The notes below the pieces were generated by a model. That model saw nothing but the letters and a program-made list of their open reading frames with translations. It did not search any database and was not told the origin of the DNA. A DNA stretch of 64,000 nt from the NCBI GenBank assembly GCA_050953065.1, contig JBMNLZ010000002.1, positions 64,001-128,000 of the forward strand. The letters are read 5' to 3'. Shown here in pieces: positions 9,654-20,413 of this stretch. The position numbers and the translations under genes were made by a program. This DNA comes from Bacilli bacterium. GTDB lineage: Bacteria > Bacillota_I > Bacilli_A > ML615J-28 > CAG-698. Numbering within the stretch: position 1 is the stretch's first letter; every line of letters starts with the position of its first letter.

Positions 9654-12600
9654 TTAAGATTTAAATTTTATTTTTTCTAAAAATTTAACTAATTGATAAA
9701 CCCAATTCTTTCCTTTAGGCATTTCTACCATAATGTGACGGCTTCTATAATTAAAACTAAAATCTTTATCAATAGAATTGGCTACTAAAAACATTAAAGA
9801 ACCATCTATCCTATCACTAATATCAGGAGAAAAACTAAACGAAACTTTTGTAGACTTTTCTTCAAAGTTTTTTACCTTATATTTTTTTAATAAACTTTGA
9901 AGATATTCTTCTTCAATATAAAGTTTTATCGTTTCAGTAATCTCACCAAATCTATCAGTTAAAAGATTTATTAAGTTATTCTTTTCTTCTAAAGAATTAA
10001 TAGCATTAATTTCTTTATGAATAAAAATCTTTATATCATCATCACTAACATAAGTTTTATCAACGTGTTTTGAAATATTAATGTTATAGGCTGTAACTTC
10101 TTCTTTTTCTATTTTTCCATATTTTGCTTCTTTGATAGTTTCATTTAAAATCTTCATATATAAATCCATTCCAATACTATCAATATAACCAGATTGTTCT
10201 TGACCTAAAACATCTCCTGCACCTCTAATTGCAAGGTCGCGACTTGCAATATTAAAACCACTTCCAAGTCTTGTAAACTCTTTAATAGCCATTAATCTTT
10301 GAGTTGCTTCTTTAGTTAAAACTTTACCAGCCTCATACATCAAATAAGCATATGCAATTTTATCAGTTCTACCCACACGACCTCTAATTTGATAAAGTTG
10401 AGCCAATCCTAAATTATCAACATTCTCAATAATTAATGTATTAGCATTAGAAATATCAATTCCTGTTTCAATAATTGTTGTACAAAGTAAAACATCATAT
10501 TCTTTATCAATAAAATTTTGGACAACATCTTCAATTTCTTCTTTTGAAAGTCTACCATGCACAATCCCAATTCTTGCTTCTTTAACCAAGGTTTTTATAT
10601 AATGCTTAACACGCTCTAGGCTATCAATTCTATTACACAAATAAAAAACTTGACCTTCTCTTGATAATTCTCTATAAATTGCTTCTTTTACAACAATATC
10701 ATTTTTCCCTAAAACATATGTTTGAATTGGATATCTATTTAAAGGTGGTGTTGTAATTAAACTAAGTTGTCTTAGGCCCATTGTTGCCATTTGAAGAGTT
10801 CTTGGAATTGGAGTTGCAGTTAGAGTTAAAACATTAACATTTGTTTTAATTTTTTTAATCTTTTCTTTATGAACAACTCCAAACCGTTGTTCCTCATCAA
10901 TTATTAAAAGTCCTAAATCTTTAAAAGAAATATCATCACTTAAAATTCTATGCGTTCCAATTAAAATATCAACCTTACCTTCTTTTAAATCTTTTAAAAT
11001 TTCATTTTGAGTTTTATTATCTATTAATCTATTTAATAATTCTACTCTAACTCCATATTTAGAAAAGCGTTCTTTAAAAGTATAAAAGTGTTGTCTTGAA
11101 AGGATTGTAGTTGGAGCAAGATAGGCTACTTGTTTAGAATTATAAACTGTTTTAAAAGCAATTCTCATTGCTATCTCAGTTTTTCCATATCCTACATCCC
11201 CACAAATTAATCTATCAATGATTTTCCCTTCTTCCATATCACGTTTAATTTCTTCAACAGTTTCAAGTTGATCAGGAGTTTCTTCAAACAAAAAATCATT
11301 TTCAAATTCAACTTGCAAAGGATCATCTTTTAAATATTTAACTCCTAAGTTTTGATCTCTTAAAGCTTGCATTGTAATTAAGTCTTCAGCAATATCTTGT
11401 AGTTTTTCTTTGACCTTTTCTTTTTTCTTAATCCATTCTTTTGAATTAAGGCGACTTAGTTTTGGTCTAGCAACCTCACTTGCAATATATTTTTCTAACA
11501 AATGAATATTTGAAACTGGAATATAAAGTGAACCATCTTGAAACTCTAAATGTAGATAATCATTTTTTATTCCTTTAGTTTCTTGCGTAGTTAGACCTAA
11601 ATATTTTGCAATACCATAATCTTGATGGACTACTAAATCAAAAACATTTAATTCATCTTTAGAATATATTTTATCAGTTTTTAAACTAGAGCTTCGATAT
11701 TTAATTTTACTTTTTGTAAAGCTCTTAAAAAGTTCTTTCGGAGTGATAACTTCTAAAGAATTAAGTAGTCCAAAACTAATTGGATTTTCAAAAACTATTA
11801 CATTTATTCTTTCTTTTGAATTTAGTTTTAAAGAATAATTCTTTTTAGCATTATCTAAAATCTCTTTCATTAAAACTAGTTGCTTTTCATCTTGTAGGGC
11901 AATTAAATATTTTTTATCTTTATTTAATTTAATATCTTCTAAAAAGTTTTTAATATTATTTTGATAACTTAAAACTTCATAACTTTCAAAATCAATTATC
12001 TTAGAAAGCTTTATATTATTTATGCTACTTAAATGTTCAGTTAAAAAAATTAATCTATCATTTTTTAAAAGATATTCTATTTCATAATAGTATTCTAAAT
12101 CAAAAACTTTTTGTTCAAAAAATGTATCAATATTTTCAATACTCATTTTTTGATTATCTTTTAATAAATTATATTCATCAAAAACAATAATTTTTGAATC
12201 TAGATAATCTATGATTGATTGAGGAGACTTTTCTAAATATTTAAGATATTTATTAGCTCTTTCAATATTCTTATATTCTTTTAAATCAAGTAAATCTTCT
12301 TTAAAATTATCATCTAATTCACCGATAAGTTTATCAATATCTTCTTCTTCATATAATGTATCGTTTAACGGAAAGATTTCTACTTTATCTATTTTTTCAA
12401 TACTTATTTGAGTTGTTTTATCAAAGGTTCTAATATTTTCAATTTCATTATCAAACAAATCAAGTCTTATAGGGTTAGCTGAGTCAAAAGGAAAGATATC
12501 AATGATTCCTCCACGCACGCTAAAATCCCCTATTTCTTCTGTGATAGGGGTCCTCTTATAGCCACTCTTATTTAAGCTTTTAAAAAACTCTTTTAAATTA

Positions 12601-13043
12601 AGCGTATCCTTAACTTTTAAAAAATAAGAATTTTTTAAAAATTTTTCCTTATTAGAATTATATCTTAAAACAGCTTGAATATGAGTAACAATTATTTTCT
12701 TTTTCTTTAGGATAATGTTTTTAATAGTGTTAATTCTTTCAAGTCTAAATTCCCAACTATAAGCTAAAACTTCAACCGCAGCAATTTCATCAATTGCATA
12801 AAAACTAACATTCTCATAGCCCGCTAACTCGCAAAATGCATCGTAGGCTTTTGTTGCGAAATAGACATTTCTTGCAATATAAATTATACTCTCATCAGTT
12901 TCCTTAAAAGTTAAAAAGGTGAGCAAATAATTTATATTCTTACAACTATTATATACATTTAAAGAAAATGAAGGATTATCTTCAATGTGTGAAAGATAAT
13001 CCTTTGTTTGTTTTTGTTTGATAAATATATCTAATATATTCAT
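9654..13043 (-). CDS. mfd: transcription-repair coupling factor
   Basis: SVRGGIIDIF, RLICGDVGYGKTE, DEEQRFGV, TATPIPRTL, QIRGRVGR, DLAIRGAG. Confidence 0.97.
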   Translation of the reverse strand: MNILDIFIKQKQTKDYLSHIEDNPSFSLNVYNSCKNINYLLTFLTFKETDESIIYIARNVYFATKAYDAFCELAGYENVSFYAIDEIAAVEVLAYSWEFRLERINTIKNIILKKKKIIVTHIQAVLRYNSNKEKFLKNSYFLKVKDTLNLKEFFKSLNKSGYKRTPITEEIGDFSVRGGIIDIFPFDSANPIRLDLFDNEIENIRTFDKTTQISIEKIDKVEIFPLNDTLYEEEDIDKLIGELDDNFKEDLLDLKEYKNIERANKYLKYLEKSPQSIIDYLDSKIIVFDEYNLLKDNQKMSIENIDTFFEQKVFDLEYYYEIEYLLKNDRLIFLTEHLSSINNIKLSKIIDFESYEVLSYQNNIKNFLEDIKLNKDKKYLIALQDEKQLVLMKEILDNAKKNYSLKLNSKERINVIVFENPISFGLLNSLEVITPKELFKSFTKSKIKYRSSSLKTDKIYSKDELNVFDLVVHQDYGIAKYLGLTTQETKGIKNDYLHLEFQDGSLYIPVSNIHLLEKYIASEVARPKLSRLNSKEWIKKKEKVKEKLQDIAEDLITMQALRDQNLGVKYLKDDPLQVEFENDFLFEETPDQLETVEEIKRDMEEGKIIDRLICGDVGYGKTEIAMRIAFKTVYNSKQVAYLAPTTILSRQHFYTFKERFSKYGVRVELLNRLIDNKTQNEILKDLKEGKVDILIGTHRILSDDISFKDLGLLIIDEEQRFGVVHKEKIKKIKTNVNVLTLTATPIPRTLQMATMGLRQLSLITTPPLNRYPIQTYVLGKNDIVVKEAIYRELSREGQVFYLCNRIDSLERVKHYIKTLVKEARIGIVHGRLSKEEIEDVVQNFIDKEYDVLLCTTIIETGIDISNANTLIIENVDNLGLAQLYQIRGRVGRTDKIAYAYLMYEAGKVLTKEATQRLMAIKEFTRLGSGFNIASRDLAIRGAGDVLGQEQSGYIDSIGMDLYMKILNETIKEAKYGKIEKEEVTAYNINISKHVDKTYVSDDDIKIFIHKEINAINSLEEKNNLINLLTDRFGEITETIKLYIEEEYLQSLLKKYKVKNFEEKSTKVSFSFSPDISDRIDGSLMFLVANSIDKDFSFNYRSRHIMVEMPKGKNWVYQLVKFLEKIKFKS

Positions 13044-13046
13044 TCC

Positions 13047-13616
13047 TTAAATCTCTTTCTGATTATATTTATTCATTACATAAAGAAAATCATTTTCTAA
13101 ATAATCCCTAATAATTGAAGTAGACTTTTCTAATGCTAAATCAATTTCAATTTTTTCATCTTTATAAAAATTATCTAAAACATAATCAACTACTGCACAA
13201 GAATCTTTTCTTCCAATTCCAATTCTTAATCTTTTTAATTCATTAGTCTTTAAATTTCTAATGATTGAATCCATTCCTTTATGACCACCCGATGTTCCGT
13301 TTAACCTAAGTCTAAGTTTTCCTGTTGGTAGATCTAAATCATCATAGATTACTAAAATATCATTTAAATCTATTTTATAAAAATTCATAACAGCCAAAAC
13401 CGCATCACCTGATAGATTCATAAAAGTTTGAGGTTTGATAAAAAAGATTTTTTCATCTTTATATATTAAACTTGCAATCTCAGATTTTAAAGACTTATTT
13501 AAAGCAAACTTTAATTTATTATCCTTAGCAAATTTATCCAAAAACATAAATCCAATATTGTGTCTTGTTTTTTTATATCTTAAGCCAGGATTTCCAAGTC
13601 CTACAATAAGCTTCAT
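13047..13616 (-). CDS. pth: peptidyl-tRNA hydrolase
   Basis: LIVGLGNPG..Y..TRHNIGF, KPQTFMNLSG, DDLDLP, GGHKG. Confidence 0.97.
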   Translation of the reverse strand: MKLIVGLGNPGLRYKKTRHNIGFMFLDKFAKDNKLKFALNKSLKSEIASLIYKDEKIFFIKPQTFMNLSGDAVLAVMNFYKIDLNDILVIYDDLDLPTGKLRLRLNGTSGGHKGMDSIIRNLKTNELKRLRIGIGRKDSCAVVDYVLDNFYKDEKIEIDLALEKSTSIIRDYLENDFLYVMNKYNQKEI

Positions 13617-13626
13617 TTACTATTAC

Positions 13627-14478
13627 CTACATTTGTTCTTTTTGTCTGATTTCTTCTTGAATTTTATAACACTCTAAAACATTTTGAATTAAAGATGCGA
13701 TTGTCATTGGACCAACTCCTTTTGGAACCGGAGTAATTGCACTAGCAACCTCTACAACCTCATCAAAGTCAACATCTCCTACTAGTTTAGATTCAAAGCG
13801 ATTGATTCCAACATCAATTACAACTGCATCTTTTTTAACCATATCTGCTTTTACAAATTTAGGAACACCAATTGCAGCGACCAAAATATCTGCTTCTCTT
13901 GTAACTTCTTTTAGGTTAACTGTTTTTGAATGAGCAACAGTAACAGTTGCATTCTTTTTAAGCATTAACATCGCTAAAGGTTTACCAACTAATTTACTAC
14001 GCCCAATAATAACAACCTTTTTCCCTTGAACATCAATATGATATTCATCAAGAAGCGTCATTACTCCTTTTGGAGTAGCTGGTTCTATGCAAGGTTTTCC
14101 CATAAACAATCTACCTTGATTTTCTAAAGTTAGTCCATCAACATCTTTATTAGGATCAATCGAGTTGATGATTGTATCTTCATCTAAATGATTAGGTAAA
14201 GGTAATTGGACTAAAATTCCATTAACCTTTGGATCTTCATTTAAATTTTTAATAACTTTTAAAATACTTTTTTGAGGTTCGTTAGCTGAGAAATAATATT
14301 CTTTACTATTAATCCCTAATTCAGCACATTTCTTATGTTTATTTTTAACATAGGTTTTACTTGCTTCGTTATCACCTACTAAAATAATCGCTAAAGTTAT
14401 TTTTTTAGGTAACTTTTCAATTTCCATTTTTAACTTTTTTGCTAACGTTTCACTTGTTCCTTTTCCATCTAAAATCAT
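13627..14478 (-). CDS. folD: bifunctional methylene-THF dehydrogenase/cyclohydrolase
   Basis: GILVQLPLP, KDVDG, GRSKLVGKP, VIDVGIN, ITPVPKGVGPMT. Confidence 0.97.
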   Translation of the reverse strand: MILDGKGTSETLAKKLKMEIEKLPKKITLAIILVGDNEASKTYVKNKHKKCAELGINSKEYYFSANEPQKSILKVIKNLNEDPKVNGILVQLPLPNHLDEDTIINSIDPNKDVDGLTLENQGRLFMGKPCIEPATPKGVMTLLDEYHIDVQGKKVVIIGRSKLVGKPLAMLMLKKNATVTVAHSKTVNLKEVTREADILVAAIGVPKFVKADMVKKDAVVIDVGINRFESKLVGDVDFDEVVEVASAITPVPKGVGPMTIASLIQNVLECYKIQEEIRQKEQM

Positions 14479-14704
14479 AAGTCTTCTCCTTTTGATTGGT
14501 TCTTTGAAATTATTATACTACACTTCTTCTTTAAATGCTATTGCTTTATAATATTTTTTTAAAAAACTGTTTTTTCATAACTTGGTATTTCCCCCTTTAA
14601 ACAACAAATTTTATACCAACAAAAATAAAATTCTCTTTCTATATTATATGTATCTCACCAATTTATAAAAAAACAATGGTTTTTAACCACTGTTTTCTTA
14701 TAAA

Positions 14705-16807
14705 TTATTTATTTTTAATAATTAAACTATAGTTAATAACATCTATTAAATACTTTTGGTTTTCCTTGATTTCTCCTGCAACTATAGCTTTTGCAATCTC
14801 TGTTTCGATTTCTTTTTGAATAAATCTCTTAATCGGACGAGCTCCATATTCATGAGAATAACCATTTTCTATAATATAGTTTTTTGCATTATCAGAAAAA
14901 TCTACATTGTATTTATTTGTTTCAAGTCTTAATTTTAAAAGATTAAGCATCTTATCAACAATTTTTAATTGTACTTCTTTTGATAAAGGTTTAAACATTA
15001 CAATCTCATCAATTCTATTTAAGAATTCTGGTTTAAATGTTTTTCTTAATAAATCATCAACTACATCTGTCTTATTATCAAGTAAATACTCACTTCCTAA
15101 ATTTGAAGTCATAATAATGATTGTATTTTTAAAGTCTACTACTCTTCCTTGAGAATCAGTCAAATGTCCTTCATCTAAAATTTGAAGCAAGATATTAAAA
15201 ACCTCTGGATGGGCTTTTTCGATTTCATCAAACAAAACAATTGAATAAGGACTTCTTCTTACCTTTTCAGTTAATTGTCCCCCCTCTTCATATCCAACAT
15301 ATCCAGGAGGAGCTCCAATTAATCTACTTGTTGCAAACTTTTCCATATATTCACTCATATCAAGTCTAACAATGTGAGTTTCACTATCAAACAAATTAGC
15401 AGCCAGGCTTCTGGCAACCTCAGTCTTACCAACTCCAGTTGGTCCTAAGAATAAAAACGAGCCAATTGGTTTGTTTTCATCTTTAATTCCAGCGCGTTGT
15501 CTAATAATAGCATCACTTACCAATTCAATTGCTTCATCTTGTCCTATTACTCTTTCAAGTAAATTATTTTTTAATCCTAAAACTTTTTCTTTATCACCCT
15601 TTAGAATTCTAGTAACTGGTATATTGGTATTCTTAGCAACAATCTCTGCAATATCATCTTCTGTTACAACCTCTGATAACATTGTGTTTTCTTTATTTGA
15701 TAATTCTTGAATCTCTTTTTCTATTTTAGGAATCTTACTATATTTAATTTCAGCAGCCTTATTATAATCACCTTTATTATAAGCATCATCTAAAATAAAT
15801 TTTAGTTTTTCTAATTCCATCTTTTTATCTTTAATTATATCAACAGCTTTTTTCTCAATTTCCCAAGTTTCTTTTAAAGAGGCTTCTTCTTTTTTTAATT
15901 CTTCTAATTCTTTATTTAATTTTTCTAATCTATCCAGACTGTTTTTATCTTTTTCTTTTTCTAAAGCTCTTTTTTCAATTTCAAGTTGCATTACTTTTCT
16001 GACCACTTCATCTAAAACAGCTGGCATTGAATCAATCGCAACTCTTGTTGCTGAACACGCCTCATCAATTAAATCAATTGCTTTATCTGGTAAAAACCTA
16101 TCTGTGATATATCTATTAGATAAAATTGCAGCATTAACTAGTGCTCCATCAGTAATAGTTACTCCATGATGCGCTTCATATCTTTCCTTTAGTCCTCTTA
16201 AAATACTAATTGTATCTTCTACAGTTGGTTCTTGAATAATAACTTTTTGAAATCTTCTTTCTAATGCTCTATCTTTTTCAATATATAATCTATATTCATT
16301 TAAAGTTGTTGCTCCGATACAATCAATCTCTCCTCTTGCCAGCATTGGCTTTAACATATTACCAGCATCTAAAGCACCCTCTGCTTTCCCAGCCCCAACT
16401 ATTAAATGGATTTCATCAATAAAAAGAATAATTTCTCCATTGCTTTCTTTAATTTTATTTAAAACAGCTTTTAATCTTTCTTCAAACTCACCTCTAAATT
16501 TTGCTCCTGCAACAAGCGCCCCCATATCAAGCTCATAAATCTTTTTATTTTTTAGCGTTGCAGGAACATCATCTTTAACAATTCTTGCAGCAAGCCCTTC
16601 AATGATAGCTGTTTTACCAACTCCAGGTTCTCCAATTAGAATAACATTGTTTTTTGTTTTTCTGGCTAAAATTTGAACAATCTTTCTAACCTCTTCATCC
16701 CTACCAATAACAGGATCTACTTTTCCTTTTTTAACTTCCTCAACAATGTCTCTTCCAAACTTTTCTAAAACATTAGGATCTTGACTATAATTTTCCATTT
16801 CTTGCAT
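14705..16807 (-). CDS. clpB: ClpB chaperone lacking the N-terminal Clp-N domain
   Basis: Two AAA+ modules ([16 protein letters not shown]) with a coiled-coil M domain. Start moved to ATG 16807 (MQEMEN) behind AGGTGGTG RBS. Confidence 0.93.
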   Translation of the reverse strand: MQEMENYSQDPNVLEKFGRDIVEEVKKGKVDPVIGRDEEVRKIVQILARKTKNNVILIGEPGVGKTAIIEGLAARIVKDDVPATLKNKKIYELDMGALVAGAKFRGEFEERLKAVLNKIKESNGEIILFIDEIHLIVGAGKAEGALDAGNMLKPMLARGEIDCIGATTLNEYRLYIEKDRALERRFQKVIIQEPTVEDTISILRGLKERYEAHHGVTITDGALVNAAILSNRYITDRFLPDKAIDLIDEACSATRVAIDSMPAVLDEVVRKVMQLEIEKRALEKEKDKNSLDRLEKLNKELEELKKEEASLKETWEIEKKAVDIIKDKKMELEKLKFILDDAYNKGDYNKAAEIKYSKIPKIEKEIQELSNKENTMLSEVVTEDDIAEIVAKNTNIPVTRILKGDKEKVLGLKNNLLERVIGQDEAIELVSDAIIRQRAGIKDENKPIGSFLFLGPTGVGKTEVARSLAANLFDSETHIVRLDMSEYMEKFATSRLIGAPPGYVGYEEGGQLTEKVRRSPYSIVLFDEIEKAHPEVFNILLQILDEGHLTDSQGRVVDFKNTIIIMTSNLGSEYLLDNKTDVVDDLLRKTFKPEFLNRIDEIVMFKPLSKEVQLKIVDKMLNLLKLRLETNKYNVDFSDNAKNYIIENGYSHEYGARPIKRFIQKEIETEIAKAIVAGEIKENQKYLIDVINYSLIIKNK

Positions 16808-16822
16808 TTTCTTCACCACCTT

Positions 16823-16849
16823 TTAGCACTCTCACACTATGAGTGCTAA
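16823..16849. promoter_or_regulatory. CIRCE element (HrcA operator)
   Basis: Perfect TTAGCACTC-N9-GAGTGCTAA, downstream of a minus-strand TTGACA(16876-81)-N16-TATAAT(16854-59) promoter of clpB. Confidence 0.97.
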
Positions 16850-16908
16850 TTATATTATACTATCTTTTTTAATTATGTCAAGTAAATAACATTAAAAAAA
16901 CACCAAAT

Positions 16909-17157
16909 TTATCTTTGGCGTTTTTTTATATTCTTAGGGTTAAACGGTTTAAAGAGTTTTTCAGTTACTTCTTTAATCTCTTCTTCTAGTTTCTCATCCT
17001 TTTCTAATATCTTATATCCTTCTTCAGTCTTTTCAACTTGCATATCTATTGTAACGATTTCTGGTAAAAGACTTAAATCTATTACTTCCCTTGAGTCATC
17101 TTCATAAATGATTAAAACTTTATCATCTATAATTTGTTCAATAAACCCCTTTTTCAT
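16909..17157 (-). CDS. small protein, DUF3006-like
   Basis: 82 aa: IEQIIDDKVLI...IDLSLLPE...EEEIKEVTEKLF. Confidence 0.6.
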   Translation of the reverse strand: MKKGFIEQIIDDKVLIIYEDDSREVIDLSLLPEIVTIDMQVEKTEEGYKILEKDEKLEEEIKEVTEKLFKPFNPKNIKKRQR

Positions 17158-17158
17158 T

Positions 17159-17716
17159 TTACTTACCCTTTAACTCTTGCTCGATATCATCCTCTTCTTC
17201 AGCTTCTTCTTCATCTTCGTCATCGTCTCTCAACCTAGATGAATCAATTTCTTGGATTTCTCTATCATTAGCAGCTTCTAGGTCATCAAACTCATCTGCT
17301 AGGTCATCCTTTTCTTCTTTTTCATCATCATCTTCATCTTCTTCTTCTAGAGCGCCATCGATTCCTTGAATTTTATCATCCATTAATTCATTATCTTTTA
17401 CATCTTCATCTTCTTCATATAAATCATCTAATGCTCCACCATCTTTATCTAACCAATCAGAAGATAAATGTTCTTTTAAATCCCATAATTTTTTCTCGTT
17501 TTTATCATCACCGCAACAAACAAAATACCCGCTTAACATGAAATCAGAAAAAAATTGAGCTTTCAATTTTCCTTGTTCTGATGCTGGATTTTTTTTTGCT
17601 TTGAAAACTTCGCTTGCAATTTCTTCTAAAGTTTGTGGTTTTTTTCTTTTTTGCATTAATCTTACAACAACTTCAATCAATGAATCTTCTTCAACGTTAT
17701 TAGTATTTTTACCCAT
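17159..17716 (-). CDS. rpoE: RNA polymerase delta subunit
   Basis: Start moved to MGKNTNN (AAGGAGG RBS). N-domain SLIEV...AQFFSDFMLSGYF...WDLK and a very acidic C-tail. Confidence 0.8.
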   Translation of the reverse strand: MGKNTNNVEEDSLIEVVVRLMQKRKKPQTLEEIASEVFKAKKNPASEQGKLKAQFFSDFMLSGYFVCCGDDKNEKKLWDLKEHLSSDWLDKDGGALDDLYEEDEDVKDNELMDDKIQGIDGALEEEDEDDDEKEEKDDLADEFDDLEAANDREIQEIDSSRLRDDDEDEEEAEEEDDIEQELKGK

Positions 17717-17779
17717 AAGGCCCTCCTTATATTTATAAATCTTTTTCATTATATTATTAAAACCTTTAAAAAACAAGTT

Positions 17780-18508
17780 TTATTTTATTTCTTTTTCTAA
17801 TTTTTCTAAAACAAGATGTTTAGTCCTGTCAACGCTTAACGGTGTAATTGAAATATATTTATTATGAATCGCACCAACATCTGACCTTAAGTTTTCAGCT
17901 TCTAAATCAAAATTTGGTTTTCCCCTTTGATAAACTCCTTGTGCTTCTTTGACCATTGTTGCTTGATAGTGAGTACTTCCTTGTTTAGTAAACTTTATAC
18001 CACGAGACTCTCCTCTAACAAAATTTATATTATATAAACTGTGAAGTTCAAAAAGTTTGTTTTTCTCAATATAATCCATTATTCTATCAAAGTTCTTTTC
18101 AAAATCCGAAAAATCATTTCTAGGGCAAGACAAAGCTAAAGCTTTAAGGCCGTAAAGCGCAGCCTCACTTGCAGCCCCAACAGTCCCAGAATAAAATATA
18201 TCCTCACCTAAATTATAACCATTATTTACTCCAGATAAAACCAAAGAAAACTCTAACCCTAAATAATAGCGTGCTAATCGGACACAATCAGTTGGAGTAG
18301 AATCAACATAATAAGTTGTAACCCCCGGCAATAAATCTTTTATCTTCTTGCATTTAATCCCTTGCCTAATCCGCATACTTTGGCTTTTACCAGATTGTTC
18401 TTTTTTAGGCGCCACAACAACAACCTCACCATACTTTAAGGCTTTTCTTGCTAGAACCTTTAATCCATCAGCTTTAATTCCATCATCATTTGTAACTAGT
18501 ATCTTCAC
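17780..18508 (-). CDS. surE: 5'/3'-nucleotidase SurE
   Basis: ILVTNDDGI, VVAP..EQSG.S, SGVN.GYNLG...YSGTVGAA.EA, ISITPL. Confidence 0.95.
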   Translation of the reverse strand: MKILVTNDDGIKADGLKVLARKALKYGEVVVVAPKKEQSGKSQSMRIRQGIKCKKIKDLLPGVTTYYVDSTPTDCVRLARYYLGLEFSLVLSGVNNGYNLGEDIFYSGTVGAASEAALYGLKALALSCPRNDFSDFEKNFDRIMDYIEKNKLFELHSLYNINFVRGESRGIKFTKQGSTHYQATMVKEAQGVYQRGKPNFDLEAENLRSDVGAIHNKYISITPLSVDRTKHLVLEKLEKEIK

Positions 18509-19476
18509 TAAAACACATCCTTTTTATCTTTTTTAAATTCTTTTAATTTTTTATCAGCTAACTTGACCATTTCTTTAACTTCTTTTTTACTGCTTAATGT
18601 TGCTCCACTTGCTTGGTGGTGTCCACCCCCACCAAAAGCATTAGCAACATCGTTAATTTGAATATGTCTAGAACGCAGTCTTGCTCTAATTAATCCATCT
18701 TCTTGTTCTAAAAATAAGATCCAAATAATTCTATCTTTAATATTTTCAATCAAACTTGTTAAGGCTGCAGTTTGTTCTGTTGTAAGACCTAACTTCTTTT
18801 GAGTTTTTCTTGAAAAATAAATATAACTAACACCGTTAGGAGTTTCTTTATATTTTTTATAAACATATGCTTGAGCTCTAAATTCCTCTGGTGTTTTTAC
18901 ATATAAATTAGCATATATATCTTGTAAGTCAAGGTCATATTTTAATAAATATGATGCCGTTTCCAGTGTTTCAGAACTTACTCCACGATATTTAAATCTT
19001 CCAGTATCAGTTACTATTCCAATATATAGATATATAGCACCTTTTTGAGTAATTTTTAACTCATCTTTATAAGTCATCAAAAACTTTGTAATCATCTCAG
19101 AACAAGCCGGACTTTCTTTATCTATCCAGTTATAATCACCATATTCTTCACCATCATTATGGTGATCAATTTTAAAAATTTCTCTAGCTTTTTTATAGCC
19201 TTCTCCACTAATCCTTTTTTCAGTTGCTGTATCAACAACAATTGCTAAAAAATCACCTTTAAATTCATCAACATTATAATTGTCTATTTCACTAATAAAT
19301 TCTAAATATTTCGAATCATCATTTGCATTAATATAGACATTTTTTTTAGAGAAAGTAGCCTTAATAATTTCTTTTAATCCTTGGCTACTTCCAAGGGCAT
19401 CTCCGTCTGGTCTTAAGTGCCTATAAATCACAATATTATCGTATTCTTTAATCTTTTCAAGTAGTTTTTTTATCAT
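18508..19476 (-). CDS. nrnA: DHH/DHHA1 phosphodiesterase (NrnA-like), paralog 2
   Basis: HLRPDGDALGS, IDHH, TDTGRF, GGGGH..ASG. Confidence 0.9.
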   Translation of the reverse strand: MIKKLLEKIKEYDNIVIYRHLRPDGDALGSSQGLKEIIKATFSKKNVYINANDDSKYLEFISEIDNYNVDEFKGDFLAIVVDTATEKRISGEGYKKAREIFKIDHHNDGEEYGDYNWIDKESPACSEMITKFLMTYKDELKITQKGAIYLYIGIVTDTGRFKYRGVSSETLETASYLLKYDLDLQDIYANLYVKTPEEFRAQAYVYKKYKETPNGVSYIYFSRKTQKKLGLTTEQTAALTSLIENIKDRIIWILFLEQEDGLIRARLRSRHIQINDVANAFGGGGHHQASGATLSSKKEVKEMVKLADKKLKEFKKDKKDVF

Positions 19477-19480
19477 TTTT

Positions 19481-20413
19481 TTACTCCTCTTTTAGATTGT
19501 TTAATTCTTCAATAACCCTATCAACCATGTCCCAATTTTCCAAGGTTGCACCACTTGCTTTTTTATGTCCGCCGCCACCATACTTAACAGCTATTTTATT
19601 AACGTCATATTTACTAGTTCTAAACTCAGCAATTATCTTTCCATCTTCTGATTCTGTAAAATTAGCCCAAGTATCAACCTCTTTAATTCCGGACATTAAA
19701 TTTATCATTCCGCGAGAAATTGTTTGAATATCAGTACCAGCTTCTAGAATATCTTTTTGAGTATTTTTTAAGTAAGCAACCCTTGAAGCAGTTACCACAA
19801 ACTTTAATCCCAAAGCCGCTCTTAATCTAACCGTTTTTAAATCATCTTGATAAAGTTCTCCATAGATTAAACTAGGATTAACACCCTTTTCTAAAAGCTT
19901 AGATGCAATCTCAAAAGTTCTTGGAGTAACACTATCATATAAGAAGCGTCCTGAATCGGTTATTATCCCAGTAAATAAGGCCTGTGCAGTTTGAGCACTT
20001 ACCTTTAATTTCAAACTAAACAAAATATTAGCAACTAACCCACAAACACTTTCAAAAGATGTATCAACAATTTCTAAGTCCCCATAATTAACTTTTAAAA
20101 TATGATGATCAATTTTAACTAAAAAAGCTCCCATTTTATATCTTTCATCACTAATTAAGACAGGTTCTGCAGTATCTAAGACTATAACTAAGGCTCTTTG
20201 GTAAAGCCCATCAATAATATTATCCATTCGCCCTATAAAATCATAGCGAGGAGATGCATCTCCTACTGCATAAATTTTTTTATCAGGAAAATTATCAATC
20301 AAAGCTTGTTTTAATCCAATTTGAGCACCAAGCGCATCACCATCTGGTTTTGAATGCCTATGGATAATTATCGTTCTATGTTTTTTAATTATTTTTAGTA
20401 AATTTTGATACAT
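19481..20413 (-). CDS. nrnA: DHH/DHHA1 phosphodiesterase (NrnA-like), paralog 1
   Basis: HSKPDGDALG, IDHH, TDSGRF, GGGGHKKASG. Confidence 0.9.
   Translation of the reverse strand: MYQNLLKIIKKHRTIIIHRHSKPDGDALGAQIGLKQALIDNFPDKKIYAVGDASPRYDFIGRMDNIIDGLYQRALVIVLDTAEPVLISDERYKMGAFLVKIDHHILKVNYGDLEIVDTSFESVCGLVANILFSLKLKVSAQTAQALFTGIITDSGRFLYDSVTPRTFEIASKLLEKGVNPSLIYGELYQDDLKTVRLRAALGLKFVVTASRVAYLKNTQKDILEAGTDIQTISRGMINLMSGIKEVDTWANFTESEDGKIIAEFRTSKYDVNKIAVKYGGGGHKKASGATLENWDMVDRVIEELNNLKEE

Noticed and set aside
14705-16849. ClpB without N-domain under CIRCE control as a novelty or pseudogene
   Set aside because: This is a known Mollicutes trait; promoter, CIRCE and RBS directly precede the short start, so the gene is intact.
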